Shown here: one piece after another, positions 26,581 to 38,258 of the stretch
How positions within the stretch are numbered: the first letter of the stretch is position 1
Layout of the letters: each line of letters begins with the position of its first letter
DNA from: Cystobasidiomycetes sp. EMM_F5
Taxonomy: Eukaryota
NCBI GenBank assembly: GCA_051047955.1
Contig: JBPGPT010000003.1
Location: forward strand, 682,001 to 746,000
DNA: 64,000 nt
Direction: 5' to 3'
Position numbers and translations under genes: made by a program
The notes under the pieces: model-generated
The model's database searches: none
What the model was told of the DNA's origin: nothing
What the model saw: only the letters and a program-made list of their open reading frames with translations

Positions 26581-29500
26581 ATGCTGGTACAGGCTGAACT
26601 TCTCTACGCGACATTGGCCTTCACACTGATTTCGTGAGCTGCACGGCGGACTACTCTGTGTACACTCCTGGCTGAAAAGTCTCGTACGCCTTCTCCAGCT
26701 TCATTGCAGTGCTGTATGTCATCCTTCGCACTCTGGCTCCACTTGTTCCCCCTCATGCCCTCTCTCGCTGGTCGAGAGACAACACACCGCTGCCAATGTA
26801 TGGCTATGCGCAGCCGGAGAAGCAAGCCGCCCGCAGAAAGCGTCTCAAGTCTGCTCAGCGATTCCAATGTTGGCTAGGTGCGGGCAAAACTGGTGAGACT
26901 AGGAAAATACTGACTTTCATGCTTATGATACCTCTAGCCTTCATCGATCTGAGTGCAGTCGCCATTTGGCTCTGGGAGATTGTTGCTCTTGCGACAGACC
27001 CGGACGCACGCAACTCTCCCGCCAGGGTGGCCTTTGCCGTGTGTGCAAGGCCGACCGTCCTTCTTGTGGTCTCGCTTCTCTCCTATTTCAACGTGGTGAG
27101 AGGCAAGGTTATAGACCTGGGAAGATTCGACATTATCGTATGGATTCCATCGCTTACCCTGCTAGGTACGCGACCGAATCTTGTATGATAAAGTTCGATA
27201 ATTCCTGACGACCGGCTTCATCACAGCAATACTAGTGGCACTATCTTACGTGGCGACGGCATCGAGTGCCGTCGTCTGGGAAGTTATGCTCTCCGTACAG
27301 AGTCTGCTGTTCTGTATCTGTATCTGGTGTTTCGGGCGTTTACTCCTTGCCGTATTCCGCGTTCGCAGGGCAACTATACGCAACCAGACCCTTCGTACCA
27401 GAGGATTCTTTGATGAGAAGAAGACGCCTATGTTGGCATCGTCGAACAAGGAGAACGTTGCAGGCGACATGGTGCCTATTGCACAAGACGGCAACGATTG
27501 GCAAGCCATCGATCTCGATAGCCGGGTTGGCGAAAGTCCTCCCATCCTTCCTCCCATCAAAACAAATAGATGGCTTATATCAAAAACCTTCTTGATGGCA
27601 AAAGCTTCTTCTGCTGCCAATACCGTCTCGGCCAGTCTTCATCGGCGCTCCGCGAGCGGTCCGCATGGCCCGAGACCAAGTCTAGCAAGCGAGCGATACC
27701 CGCGACCATCCATCTCTACCTTTTCTGATCCAGGCGATACATCTACCGGAGCACCTTTAGGCTTTCTCCGTCACGACCCGGCGACAACCTCTCGCTTCGG
27801 CCAGATAGGAAGTCAATCGCAGGCCACTCTGGCAGTACCCACGACGCAGCCTCCAGACCAGATACAAAGCCCTCGAAGTATTACCTTCTCACCTGATGCC
27901 CTGTCTGACGTTCGCATGGACGGCGCAATCGCAACCCCTGGCGACAGATCCCGAATGCTCAGTCGGACCACGGATCGCTCAAGGTTGAGTGGTGACGAGC
28001 CGCGTCCAAGCATGGGAAGCTACCTTTCAACGACCAGTGTTTCAGATGGTCGATCAAGCAGCGATGCAGGCCATGTTGGGAGCTATCTATCAAGCGCAAA
28101 TCTGTACACCTATTCTTCTACGAATCACGATCCCCGCCACAACAACCACCACGCGGCAAATCTTACTCGTAAAGAAGCTCGGAAAGCAGGGGCGCGTATG
28201 GGAGGCCATCTTGTCAGCTGCATAGCTACCTGGATGCTGGTCATTCCATTTTTGGCGTACAAGATACATGATCCCGCCCGTCAGGCGCCTTGGTTCACGG
28301 CATTGCTTGTGGCTCTTGGTGTCTGCCTGTGGGTAGCGTATTGCCTTCCTGGCATGATTATGACAGTGACTGACGAATCTTATGTTGGCAGTGGAGGACC
28401 GTTGTTAGCGATACAGACCTGGATCGCAGAAGGCTTCTGGTTCAAACGTGATCTTCCGCCGTTAATGGCATCATCTTCCGCAGTTGCATTCGAGCATTTG
28501 GCCTCTCGTGCGACTACGCCCTACCCTGTGTCGCCCATTACCATTGCTTCCCCTCGGCCGGATGATGCTACCAGACCTAGCAGGGACATGATGCGCTCCC
28601 TGAGCCCGCTACCACGCGCAAATCCAGCTGCTGCAATTCAAGCGTCAGCTCACTTGCAGATAGCACCTAATACTGTTCAGGTCGTTGCTTCATCTGGCAA
28701 TACGCAACATAGATCGAACGCTTCTACTGACTCGAGCTCATCGTCCTCGCTGGCGAGTATCGCGGCCTTCTCGCATCCACCTCAAGGCATGGTGAGGCAT
28801 TCCCTGGATACGCAAGAAGCGCCTTCAAATATCTTTGCGCGTGCTTTGCACATGGCAGCTCCGCATCCAAAGCTCCAGGTCATTGGTCGCGGTGCTGGCG
28901 GAACAACTCACGCCAAGGATAACGCTGTTGTCGATGCGCAAGAAGATACACAATGGAAACACGACGAAGCGAGAAAACTGAGATCATTTACCATGGCCCG
29001 TCGTCGCAGCAATACTGTCGACAGGATCTTCCAACCCAGCTCTGCTGTTCTAGACGATGCATTGAAGCGAAATGAAACAACCACCTCTAGACGATCAGGA
29101 CTGAGCATTAAGGATATCAACGCTCTTACCCAAAACATGCTGGAAGAGGCTAAGCAGAAGCGGCCGCGCTCACCTGTACAGTCGATCACCGGCCGATCCA
29201 TATCTGTATACTCGACGGCCTCAGAGACCAGTCGACACGACCGTAGACAGTCAGCTCCAGTCACACCCTCTTCGCAGGATAGCAAAACGTCGTCGGGCGT
29301 GCTAATATCTCGCCCGGTGACGGTGGATATGAGCGTTGATGCGGACATGCGATCTGCATTGGCCAAAGTAGAAGAAGGCGCTCTAGTCATAGAACATTCG
29401 AGTATCACAGCTCCTCCAAGTACAGCGAAGTCCACGAGCACGCCATCAAAACATAGGAGAAAGCCCCCGAACCTGAACTTGTCTTTGAAGGACATAGCAT

Positions 29501-30504
29501 CGCATTTTACCAGCTTCGACAAGGCCGGTGATGTACAGCCGCTGTCTTCCATCACATCAGGTTTTAAGTACGGCTCAAACAGTAAGCAAAGGCATCTGCG
29601 TCGACGCTCGCACGCTACGTCTATCTCAGTCAATCCTGAAGAGACTGTCGTTTACGTGGATGATACCTATGTAACAAAACGTCATTCTCGGCCACAAGTG
29701 AAGACCTCTACTTCCACAGAGTCAGCATCTGCCGAATGTACCATCATTGGACCCAGACAGTCGCTGGAACAGCCCGTTGAGAATGCTGACGGTTGTCCAG
29801 ATGAGCGACAAGAGGTAAGCTTCGGTTGTATGCTTATGCGCTTTCGACTGATTGAAGGAATCTCGTAGGTTCTGTCAGAAGGGCCATCGACCATCCTGGT
29901 ATCTCCGAATACGCCTTCTGCGATGCCAGATTCGGCAACATTGGATCCCAGCATGCTTGGACACCGGAGACCCAGTATTATATTGCTCAGCACCCCAAGT
30001 ACCCAGCTCCAACCTCAGCAACTTGCTGAGTCTGATGAAGTTGGGACAATCTTTATGGCCCAACGGGTCGCCCGCGCTCCGTCTCGCATATCTAAGACTT
30101 CGGACATCCTCCTCCATCGCAGTGCTTCCACTCGGTCTGATGCAGGATCAACGCACTCTCGCGGATCCTCAACGTCTAGTGTCACAAGTCCTGGCTTTTT
30201 AAACATGATCAATAGTAACCGCAACAGCTGGACTGATGCCTTGCCAGCCGACTCATCCTCGTTCGCCGATAACATAGAGAACATCTCGCCGCCGAGGTTC
30301 CGGAATGGCAATGTGCAGTCAATGAATACCTTCAAAGACCATGAAAAGTCGGACAAGACGGAGCAGAAGTCCATGAACCAACGATGGCCGAATCAGCAAA
30401 TTGGATTGCAAGGCGCAGCAGTACACAGCACACGACCACAACAACCCTCGACGCAAACGACTACTACAAATCCGAAACGCAATAGTGTCATGAGCTTTCG
30501 CTAG
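26581..30504 (+). CDS. Orphan 7-transmembrane (GPCR-like) protein with a very long third loop and a disordered C-tail
   Basis: The spliced model gives five hydrophobic helices, a ~275-aa Ser-rich loop, two more helices and a long Ser/Pro-rich tail (ORFs 26709..27188, 27235..29868, 29923..30504). Coding status is strong; the GPCR label is inference. Confidence 0.7.
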
Positions 30505-30655
30505 TCCAATTCTCAAAACGAAGTCATTTTGCACCCAAAATTTCCTTACTTGCACATCACATTCGCACATCCACCTTTCTTCCAATCATTCGACCGCAAC
30601 AACTTGAACGTAGCCTCTGAAGTGATCGAACGCCATCCTTTCTCATGTTTGTCGG

Positions 30656-33600
30656 TCACATGTAGTACATCTTGTCGATCACATTGTTGTGTACAGCCTT
30701 CAGATTTGCCTTGGCCTTTTGAAGTGCCTGCTCGCGCTGCTCATCGAGATTGTCTTTGGCTTCGGATGCAGCATGATTTTGAGCATAGTCTAACAAGGAC
30801 AGGAAATGCACGACTTACTGATTTTAACACCGCTGCCAACAGAGGATGCGGCATCATCTTCATCGTCTCCCATATGCTGAGCAGTCCGGTAGGCTACGTG
30901 ATGGGCAAAGCTGGAGGAGCTGATAGTCAGATTCGTCCCGTTGTACTACGAGTTTGACTTACTATGCGGGTGCTGGAATTGACACGGATCTCGTGGAGCG
31001 AGGGTAGAGATGTGTCAGGTAGAAACAAAGCGACTGGATGACATCTGGGGTCATCTTCGCCTCGTCCAGCACGACGGAGTAGTGGCACGGCTTAGAAGTA
31101 CCTAGATGGAAAATAGATTGATCAACATCCAGCTACGCTGTCCATTCTCGAACCCTTACCTAGGAGACCACCATGCGATAGAAGGTAATAATCTTGAATG
31201 TAGGGATGCACAACAACGGTGTCGATGACTGTGCCGGCTCGACAATTTCCACTGCGATCGGCATTCTCTTCGCTGTTCGGGAACATACGAATGCGATGCC
31301 TCTTAGAGCAGACAATGAACGTGATCGTCGGCGAGATACTGAGAGCAGCGCAAGCACCTAATACTCCTACAGTTCAGCCAGGTCTCAGGCAATATCAGAT
31401 TAGACTTACGCTTGATTGCTCCTGCTTCGCGACGAACAACGTCGTCGAATTGGCCTTCGGATACGCCATCACGGAAGAAGATGACCCGCTCGGGTTTCTT
31501 CTTTGTAGCAGCGAAGAACTTCTTCATAAGCTTGACCGCTACTTCCTCCATGTCCTGTATCTAAGTCACGTAGATGGCCGACTCAGATAACTGGATAAAC
31601 AAGGCTGATCCGTTTCTTACCATTTCCTGACGAGTCGTCTGGAGCCGGACTTCTGCCGTCCACTCTGTTGCAGCTAGATTGATTGACGAGACAACGGCCG
31701 CTACAGAAGGCTTGCACTGGAAAGCACCTGGAGCCGGGTGTGAGACATCGGCACCGAAGACAATGGTGGGCTTCTGTGCAAACATGGGAGGGCCACCCTG
31801 GATTTCCTGATTGACACCGCCCAACTTGACATTGACCTTGAGCGCCACGTTCTGGAAGTAAGTGGGCTTTGCATTACGGATCTTCTCTATAGCAGAAAGG
31901 ACGTTCAGTTACTGTCAGATTCGGCAGCTTCGAATAAGTCCGGGTTATACGCACGAATCGACATATTCTGCGTTGTTACGCCAAGCATTAGGTCGCCCGT
32001 CTGTTTGATGGCAGCATATTGCCTGGAATTTTGGCGGTTTGTCTGTGAAAGGGGCATGCGTATCAGCAATGTAACACTACGAAACTTATGATGCTTACAA
32101 AGGTGACAACGAGTTGCGGCGGAGAGGCTGGGCCATAGTTTGCCCGTTTAGATGCATCAATGAATGCCTGCCTTACGTTGACATTTGGATTTCCACCTGC
32201 GTGAAAGATGATGGGTTGCTTGTTTCTGAAGGTAATACCGAAGCCTTCACAAGCCTGAACGAAAGACGTGACGGCGTTACGGACTGCGCCGATAGGTAAT
32301 CTGCAAGTTCACGATCAGTAAGTGTGTTTACGTGAACACAGTCGCCATCCTTCTCACCCTCGGTCATTGTCATCCTAAGAGTGGTCAATAAATATGATCA
32401 GTGAATGCGATAGCTGAAGCACGTAGAAGCAACAGTACTCACCGCAAAAGCTACTACGATCCACCGATCGACAGGAGCTGCTGACTTTTTAGCCTTGAGT
32501 TTGCCTACATTCCATTGACCGTCTCGGGGCTGAATGGGTGCCGAGTACAGCAGCGTGGGTGGCTGTAGCTGACGTCCACTGACAGTCAATGGCTCATCGG
32601 CAATGTCTAAGTTCCATGCTACATGCATAGGAGACTGTCGCTGTAGGTACTTCATGCCTTCGCGAATCATTGTGAGTTTCTGCTTGGGTGCTAGAGTTGC
32701 AACTGATGTATAGCATTTCAGTCAAGCGTATTCATAAATACGGCAGATGACCAACATTTGCAGATATCAGCAACAAGCTTTGCATCTCCACCATTCTTCG
32801 GGTTTAGTTTCGCATAGAATGAACCACCTTAACGAAACAGCGTCAGCATTCAGGTCCGAACACGAGTATCGTGTAACATACCGAGGACGACATCCATCAT
32901 TTCGAGTGGGTAGAAACCAGTCTTGCTGATTGCCACGCACGGCAGGTGCGGGAATACCAGCTTGCGCTGATACTTCTGCTCGAGATACTGAGCGACAGAC
33001 ATTTCCTGGCCTGGTTCTCGCTCAAACATGTGTTTCGAGGCAGGCTTATCTGCAATTCCCTTGATCTTGCTGCAAGAATGACACGGCCGTCAGTCGCCGT
33101 CGCTTGTGCAGCAAGTGCGGCGCGTTACAATTTGATCTTTGGGTCGCGGATTTTGATGGTAACGACCAGACCCATGAGGAAACGCTTTAGCTGAACGCGT
33201 ACACCGGGAGGCATGCTCCGATCAGTCCAGTCGAGCTGACGTTCATTGCTAGCATTGGCAATCTTCTTCAGGATCGGAATCAGGGTGCCCGGCTCGCGCA
33301 TCAGACCGACAGCAGGATCAAAACACAGAAACGCACGACCAATACCGGGTCGGATGGAGGTGAAGAATGCCCGCCAAACGTGGAGTCCAGCTCCTAGCTC
33401 CAGTTTCTGTCCAGGACCTGGGATAGGACAGATGATGTTACGCTGGAGGTCAAAGGTCGCATTGGTCAGTACTTGCACCAATGAAGGACAAAGGGAACGA
33501 ACGTTAGATGGCATAGCGTTGGCAGCCGGATTCTTCATGGCAACATTGAGTGCTGCATAAGCATACGAAACGTTGGCTCTATCCCTTAACCACGAATGGA

Positions 33601-34411
33601 AGGCAAAATACCAGCGATGCACGTTGAGATTCTGGGCAATGCATTAAATCAGCAACCTGAGCAACAAGGTGAGACAGCCTCCGGCTTTTCGCTTACTCTG
33701 GAGAGGGTGCTGCTCGACCCTGAACATGTTGCCATAGCTCCATCATGTTGATGGAAGCTGCATGCTGGAACTGTAGACTATCGATCAATCCAAGACACAG
33801 GATCGGAGAGTAATGGCAAGCATACTTTGCAAGTGATGGGTTTACCTAGATGTTCTGGCTTCCTGCCAGGAGACGGGCCGCCGAGCGCAGCCCACTCGTC
33901 AATCTCATGAGGCTCCTTGTTTAGATTTTTCTCGTTGCTTGCGACGTAGCTGTATCAAAATAGCAAGTCAGTGTCTGACGATATGTGTCATGTCCGTTAC
34001 AGTGAAAACGTCTGACAGATTCTTTGCGCCTAGAGAGAAGCGAGTGGCGAGTTGAGAAGATGTCAGACAACGTGACATTTTCAGCTTGTACTTGAGTCAT
34101 ACCATCATAGACGCCGTGCATTCCAGCTGGGCCGAGCACTTGCTTTTCCCGCAGCAACCATTTCACATAGAGGCGCTTCTCGATGGTTGCGACGGAGAAG
34201 TCGACATCGTAGTGCTGAATGTATCCTTCGGGTCGTCTTGTGACTTCAAAGCAGTTTGTCATGACTGGCACGACCCTGCCCTGTCTGCACAGATTGATAA
34301 ATTCAGCGTACGTACCTTTCGTAAGCCAGGCTGTCAGGCTACTCACTTTCCCAATGCCGCTGCATTGTTCGCTGTACGTGCTTTCCGCTCGACCTGCAAC
34401 CCACCAGACAT
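30656..34411 (-). CDS. AGO: Argonaute (N-L1-PAZ-L2-MID-PIWI), about 19 introns
   Basis: N 'GRVVPVMTNCF...HYDV...YDGAKNLY', L1 'VWRAFFTSIRP', PAZ 'SVAQYLEQKY...PHLPCV...YPLE', MID 'YAAIK...TQN...ALKVNVKLGG', PIWI 'GADVSH','RQE','FRDGVSEGQF','GTSKPCHY','PAYFAHH', C-terminus 'KMYYM*'. Confidence 0.97.
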
Positions 34412-35103
34412 GATGATGTGAAGTCGATGATATCAGCTGGTGTTAATTGACTGCTTGTCTTGTCTGAGGAGCAGATTGGAAGAGAAGTAAAGAGAGTCAT
34501 GTTCAAACTTGAACATCCCGACTCTGCGTCTGTCAGACAAAGCGCCACAGATCTGTGGACTAGTCACAAAGCCAACGAAGATCTGGAGATGATTGAACGG
34601 CGCTGTGAAAGACTGAAAAGAAAGAGACTGCTGAAAGAAGGTGCTGCAGGTTCGTTAGTCTGTGGAAACGGTCGCACTGCTGGAGCTGCTGTGTGAGAAC
34701 GAAAGACCGGGCTGGATCCGCGCGGCCTTTCAGCGGGAGCGGCGAAAGAAACGTCAAGTGCAGCAGATTTTGTCATTCTATTGCACTCGAGCATATCCTC
34801 AGCAGTATATTTCGTGCAAAAAGCAGCCTGTAACGCAACCCAGCACGACTTCTTTTCCCCCTATCATCGTTTCTTCGGAACGGATGCTGATGGTAGTTTG
34901 GCAATTCGGTCGAAGATATCCTTTGATTGCGACAATCTCTGCATGAAGAGAATCGCAAAGATACATCCTGTTGAAGCACTCCAGCCTATCGCTCCGACAA
35001 GCACGACCGTCCACCTCACTTTACGCCTGTCGTGCAAGATAACCCCTATCTTAGAATAGCCGAACGATCCGACCGCACGCAGACCAGCAACAGCTGCACG
35101 AGT

Positions 35104-35829
35104 ATGACATTGCAAAGCTGTATACACTCAAGATCGCTCATGTTGGCTGTCCTGGTGTCCCTGCTCGCCTTTGTCAACGCAGCCGACGTCGCATTCGCAT
35201 TCCCGAGTGATGCCATCGTTCCGGCAGACGCACTCAATCCAAACGTAGCAGCGTCGCTGTACTCGGCCTACGTGAATACTATCAAGGCGCAGGATAACGC
35301 ACTTGCTGCAAGTAGTAGCGCTGCACTGGCTTCCATGGCTTCCGTGCAATCCAATGTTGCCAACAGTCTCTCCTTTGCAAGAGTAACGCAGACCTCCTCC
35401 CCAACAGCCGTCAATCCCTTCAGTGGTGCGGGCATAACAAACACATTCTTCAAGACAGCTACCCTCACTTCGTCGGTGTGTGATTTCTGCCTCTCTCAAT
35501 GTCTCTACGTAGCCCTGACTGTCTCCGCATAGTCGCAGGCATCGATGGCCGATATTACAGGTATAGCGAGCGGAATCGCATCAGCAACATCCACTCCAGA
35601 TAGTAGCAGCTCCCACGACTTGGCTATAGGTCTGGGCGTTGGACTCAGTCTTGGTCTGCTGCTTCTAGTCATAAGCGTACGTATCTGTTGCCTGTTGAGA
35701 TGCCAAGACGCAAGCTGACGTACCATCATAATCTGATAGGCGGGTCTCCTTCTCGTACGTAGATCTCGCAGAAAGCAGCAACAAGAGTTTGCAGACAGGA
35801 CCAAAAATCTCGCTCAGCGGATGGCGTGA
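35104..35829 (+). CDS. Small type-I membrane protein (signal peptide, Ser/Thr/Ala-rich ectodomain, single TM, basic tail)
   Basis: 'MLAVLVSLLAFVNAA' signal peptide; TM 'LAIGLGVGLSLGLLLLVI|.GLLLV' followed by 'RRSRRKQQQEF...QRMA*'. Two introns. The start could be 35104 or 35140. Confidence 0.7.
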
Positions 35830-36236
35830 GTAGTCTTTGTGGGGTGAGGTCTGCGGTCATTCTGACTATTGGAAATAGGGAGACACACGTTTAGCAAGTC
35901 GTCGAGTCTGATCTATAATGAAGTATCCCGTACACGTCAGAAGATTTACTCTTTCCATTCTGTCAATCTTGAAAAATCCAATGTAGCCATATCACACTGT
36001 TCTAACAGGGTCAGTTCCGGCAACTCATTCCGAGTCAATCAAATACCGTCAGATCGTTTGCATATGTTTATTGCATTGAGTTTCGCGCCGACGATTCGCC
36101 TTGCTACATTGAAATCTGAATTCATCTATTCGTTTATTCATTCGCTACATTGAAAGCGGTGTTTCGCGTACTTCGTAACTCTCCCTGGTTTCCCTGCCTA
36201 TTACTAATCCCGTATTGTACATATTTGAGTCTTGAA

Positions 36237-37508
36237 TCACGGTTGATCCAGCTCCGGTAAAGGCAAGCAATCGGTATCATGTTCGACTTCACAGTCTTCC
36301 CATCTCTCGCTGAGCATCTCGTCTCTGCCGACGAGCAACGATCTACTAGCAGCAGCGGCTTCCAGGAGATTGATTTGGGTCAAATCGCGCTTGGTAGATG
36401 CATCAAGGACGATAGTTGCATCATTGTTGTCATCGCTTGTAGAGTTCGAATCGCTGCCATCAATCTCGATTGTTGCGTTGACATTGACAATCAGCTCGAT
36501 ACTGGTGCTGTTGTAATTGGCTGGGACGTAGGAGACGGAGCCTGAAGTGGCTGTGGGTACCAGAGTGACTGTCGCAGTCTGGGTCTGCGAAGGGCCGACC
36601 GTAAAGGTGAGTGTCTGGGTGACAGTCGGTAGAGGAGTGAAGGATGCGGCGGATGCAGATGCAATAGACGCTGTGATGCTGGAGATATTATTTTGGATGA
36701 TATTGACTGCAATCGAAGTATGGGCAAGACTGTTGGTGTTTGTTGGTGTAATGACAGCAGGTGTGCGAGTAGCCGTCGATGTCTTGGTTGCATTGAGAAG
36801 TGTGAATGATTTCAGGCCAATGCTTCCACTAGCTGTGGCGTGTCCATCGCCGACTGCGTTGATCTTCAGGGTCAAAGTAAGAGGCTCGCCAATATGAGCA
36901 ACTTCACGTTTGACGTAGCGCTGTTCTGGAAGTGCAGGTTCGCTATTGCCGTATAGCCGAGATCGAACAGACAGACCAGATCCTGGAAGATTGATACCTG
37001 ATGCGGGTACCCAAGCCTCAGGAGATGATTCTTGGCCAACGATCTCGACACCGTTCGCAGCCTGCATAGGCTCGCTGACAGCACTTGCTTCATACTCGTA
37101 TGCACTCATGGTAGTCGATGGTTCTCCAGTCGCCATTGGTTGCGCTTCGACAGTAGTGACTGCTGCAACGTAAGCAACAGAAGTTGGGTGCAAATACGGG
37201 TGATGAGAAGTAGGACCTGCTGCAGCAGGTTTGCCACCTTTCCATTGCTTGAGTGGCTTGCCAGCTGGTGCATCTGTAGCTTTCGCGCCTTTCCACTGTC
37301 TGCTGCCGGACACCTGAGCCCATCGGAGAGAAGCGCTCGGGCGGTTCTTGTTTGGTGTGAAGGATGGGCCTAGTCGGCGAGAGGAGTAGTTGCTTCTGCG
37401 TGCAACTTTGCCGTATGATGCACCAGTGGGGAGAGCAGTGACGGTCATGAGGGCTTTCATGGCCATGACGGCCAGGAGCAGAGTGCTAAGGTACTTGATG
37501 GACATCAT
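36237..37508 (-). CDS. Secreted Ser/Thr/Ala-rich protein with several dibasic (Kex2-like) sites, single exon
   Basis: The ATG at 37508 follows a CA-rich leader. Signal peptide 'MMSIKYLSTLLLAVMAMKALMTVTA-LP'; RR/KR sites; N-x-S/T sequons. Confidence 0.75.
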   Translation of the reverse strand: MMSIKYLSTLLLAVMAMKALMTVTALPTGASYGKVARRSNYSSRRLGPSFTPNKNRPSASLRWAQVSGSRQWKGAKATDAPAGKPLKQWKGGKPAAAGPTSHHPYLHPTSVAYVAAVTTVEAQPMATGEPSTTMSAYEYEASAVSEPMQAANGVEIVGQESSPEAWVPASGINLPGSGLSVRSRLYGNSEPALPEQRYVKREVAHIGEPLTLTLKINAVGDGHATASGSIGLKSFTLLNATKTSTATRTPAVITPTNTNSLAHTSIAVNIIQNNISSITASIASASAASFTPLPTVTQTLTFTVGPSQTQTATVTLVPTATSGSVSYVPANYNSTSIELIVNVNATIEIDGSDSNSTSDDNNDATIVLDASTKRDLTQINLLEAAAASRSLLVGRDEMLSERWEDCEVEHDTDCLPLPELDQP

Positions 37509-38258
37509 GTTTGTTCGAGTAGTGTGTTTGATGGTGGTAGTGAGACGAGATCGGGGCTGAGCCTTGAGTCTTGGAAAGAACGTATGTGTACTGTGTCTTG
37601 TACTGGGTGGGCTACTGTGTAGTAGTGGTGATGTGGTGTTTGTCGGTTTGCCTGGACCTGTGCCTCGTGTGCCTGTGTAGAATGGAGAAGCAAGAGCAAC
37701 TCGAGTCGAGCTGCAGGAATTTATGCAAGGACAGCGCCCAAGACCATCATCAGCTTTTACAATCAGTATGCCTCTTTCTGTGTCGGCGTTCAGCCCATTA
37801 CTACATCCTGGCGACTTAATGCTCGACTGGGAGAGTGGCGGGTCGAAAAAGTGTTCAGCCCCCTCCAGCAAGGGCAACTCTGGCAAAATACTTTGGCAAG
37901 GCGATGTTGTGTGCGCAAGCCATGCTCTGTGTATAGTCAGTGCAGCTCATCATGGCAGCTGTAGCAATAGAATAAGGCTTGGAGTCGGATCAATTATGCT
38001 CGAAACCTGTACCTGACAAGTCGGCCGCGTGCCTGAAACCGCAACAGCAGCAGCAAGCATACGAATGAAGCTATGGGGCCGATGAACGCGGCGTATTCGA
38101 ACCCGCGTCCGACGTCAGAAGCGGGGTAATTGGTTCAGACGATCTCAGGAGATAGCTCCAGTGGCATCAGATGAGCTAATATGAAGAATGAGCGGAATGG
38201 AGCACATTGACGCAGAAAGAGATCTACGCGACGATGAAGTGGTAGTGGGCTACTCCTT

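Noticed and set aside
37509..37886. 126-codon N-terminal extension of ORF 36237..37886
   Set aside because: It starts at TTG, has no in-frame ATG and spans a CA-rich leader and a TATA-like element. The signal peptide begins at ATG 37508.
38081..38170. tRNA gene suggested by GTTCGAAT
   Set aside because: No 5-bp T-stem, D-arm, acceptor stem or terminator can be built.
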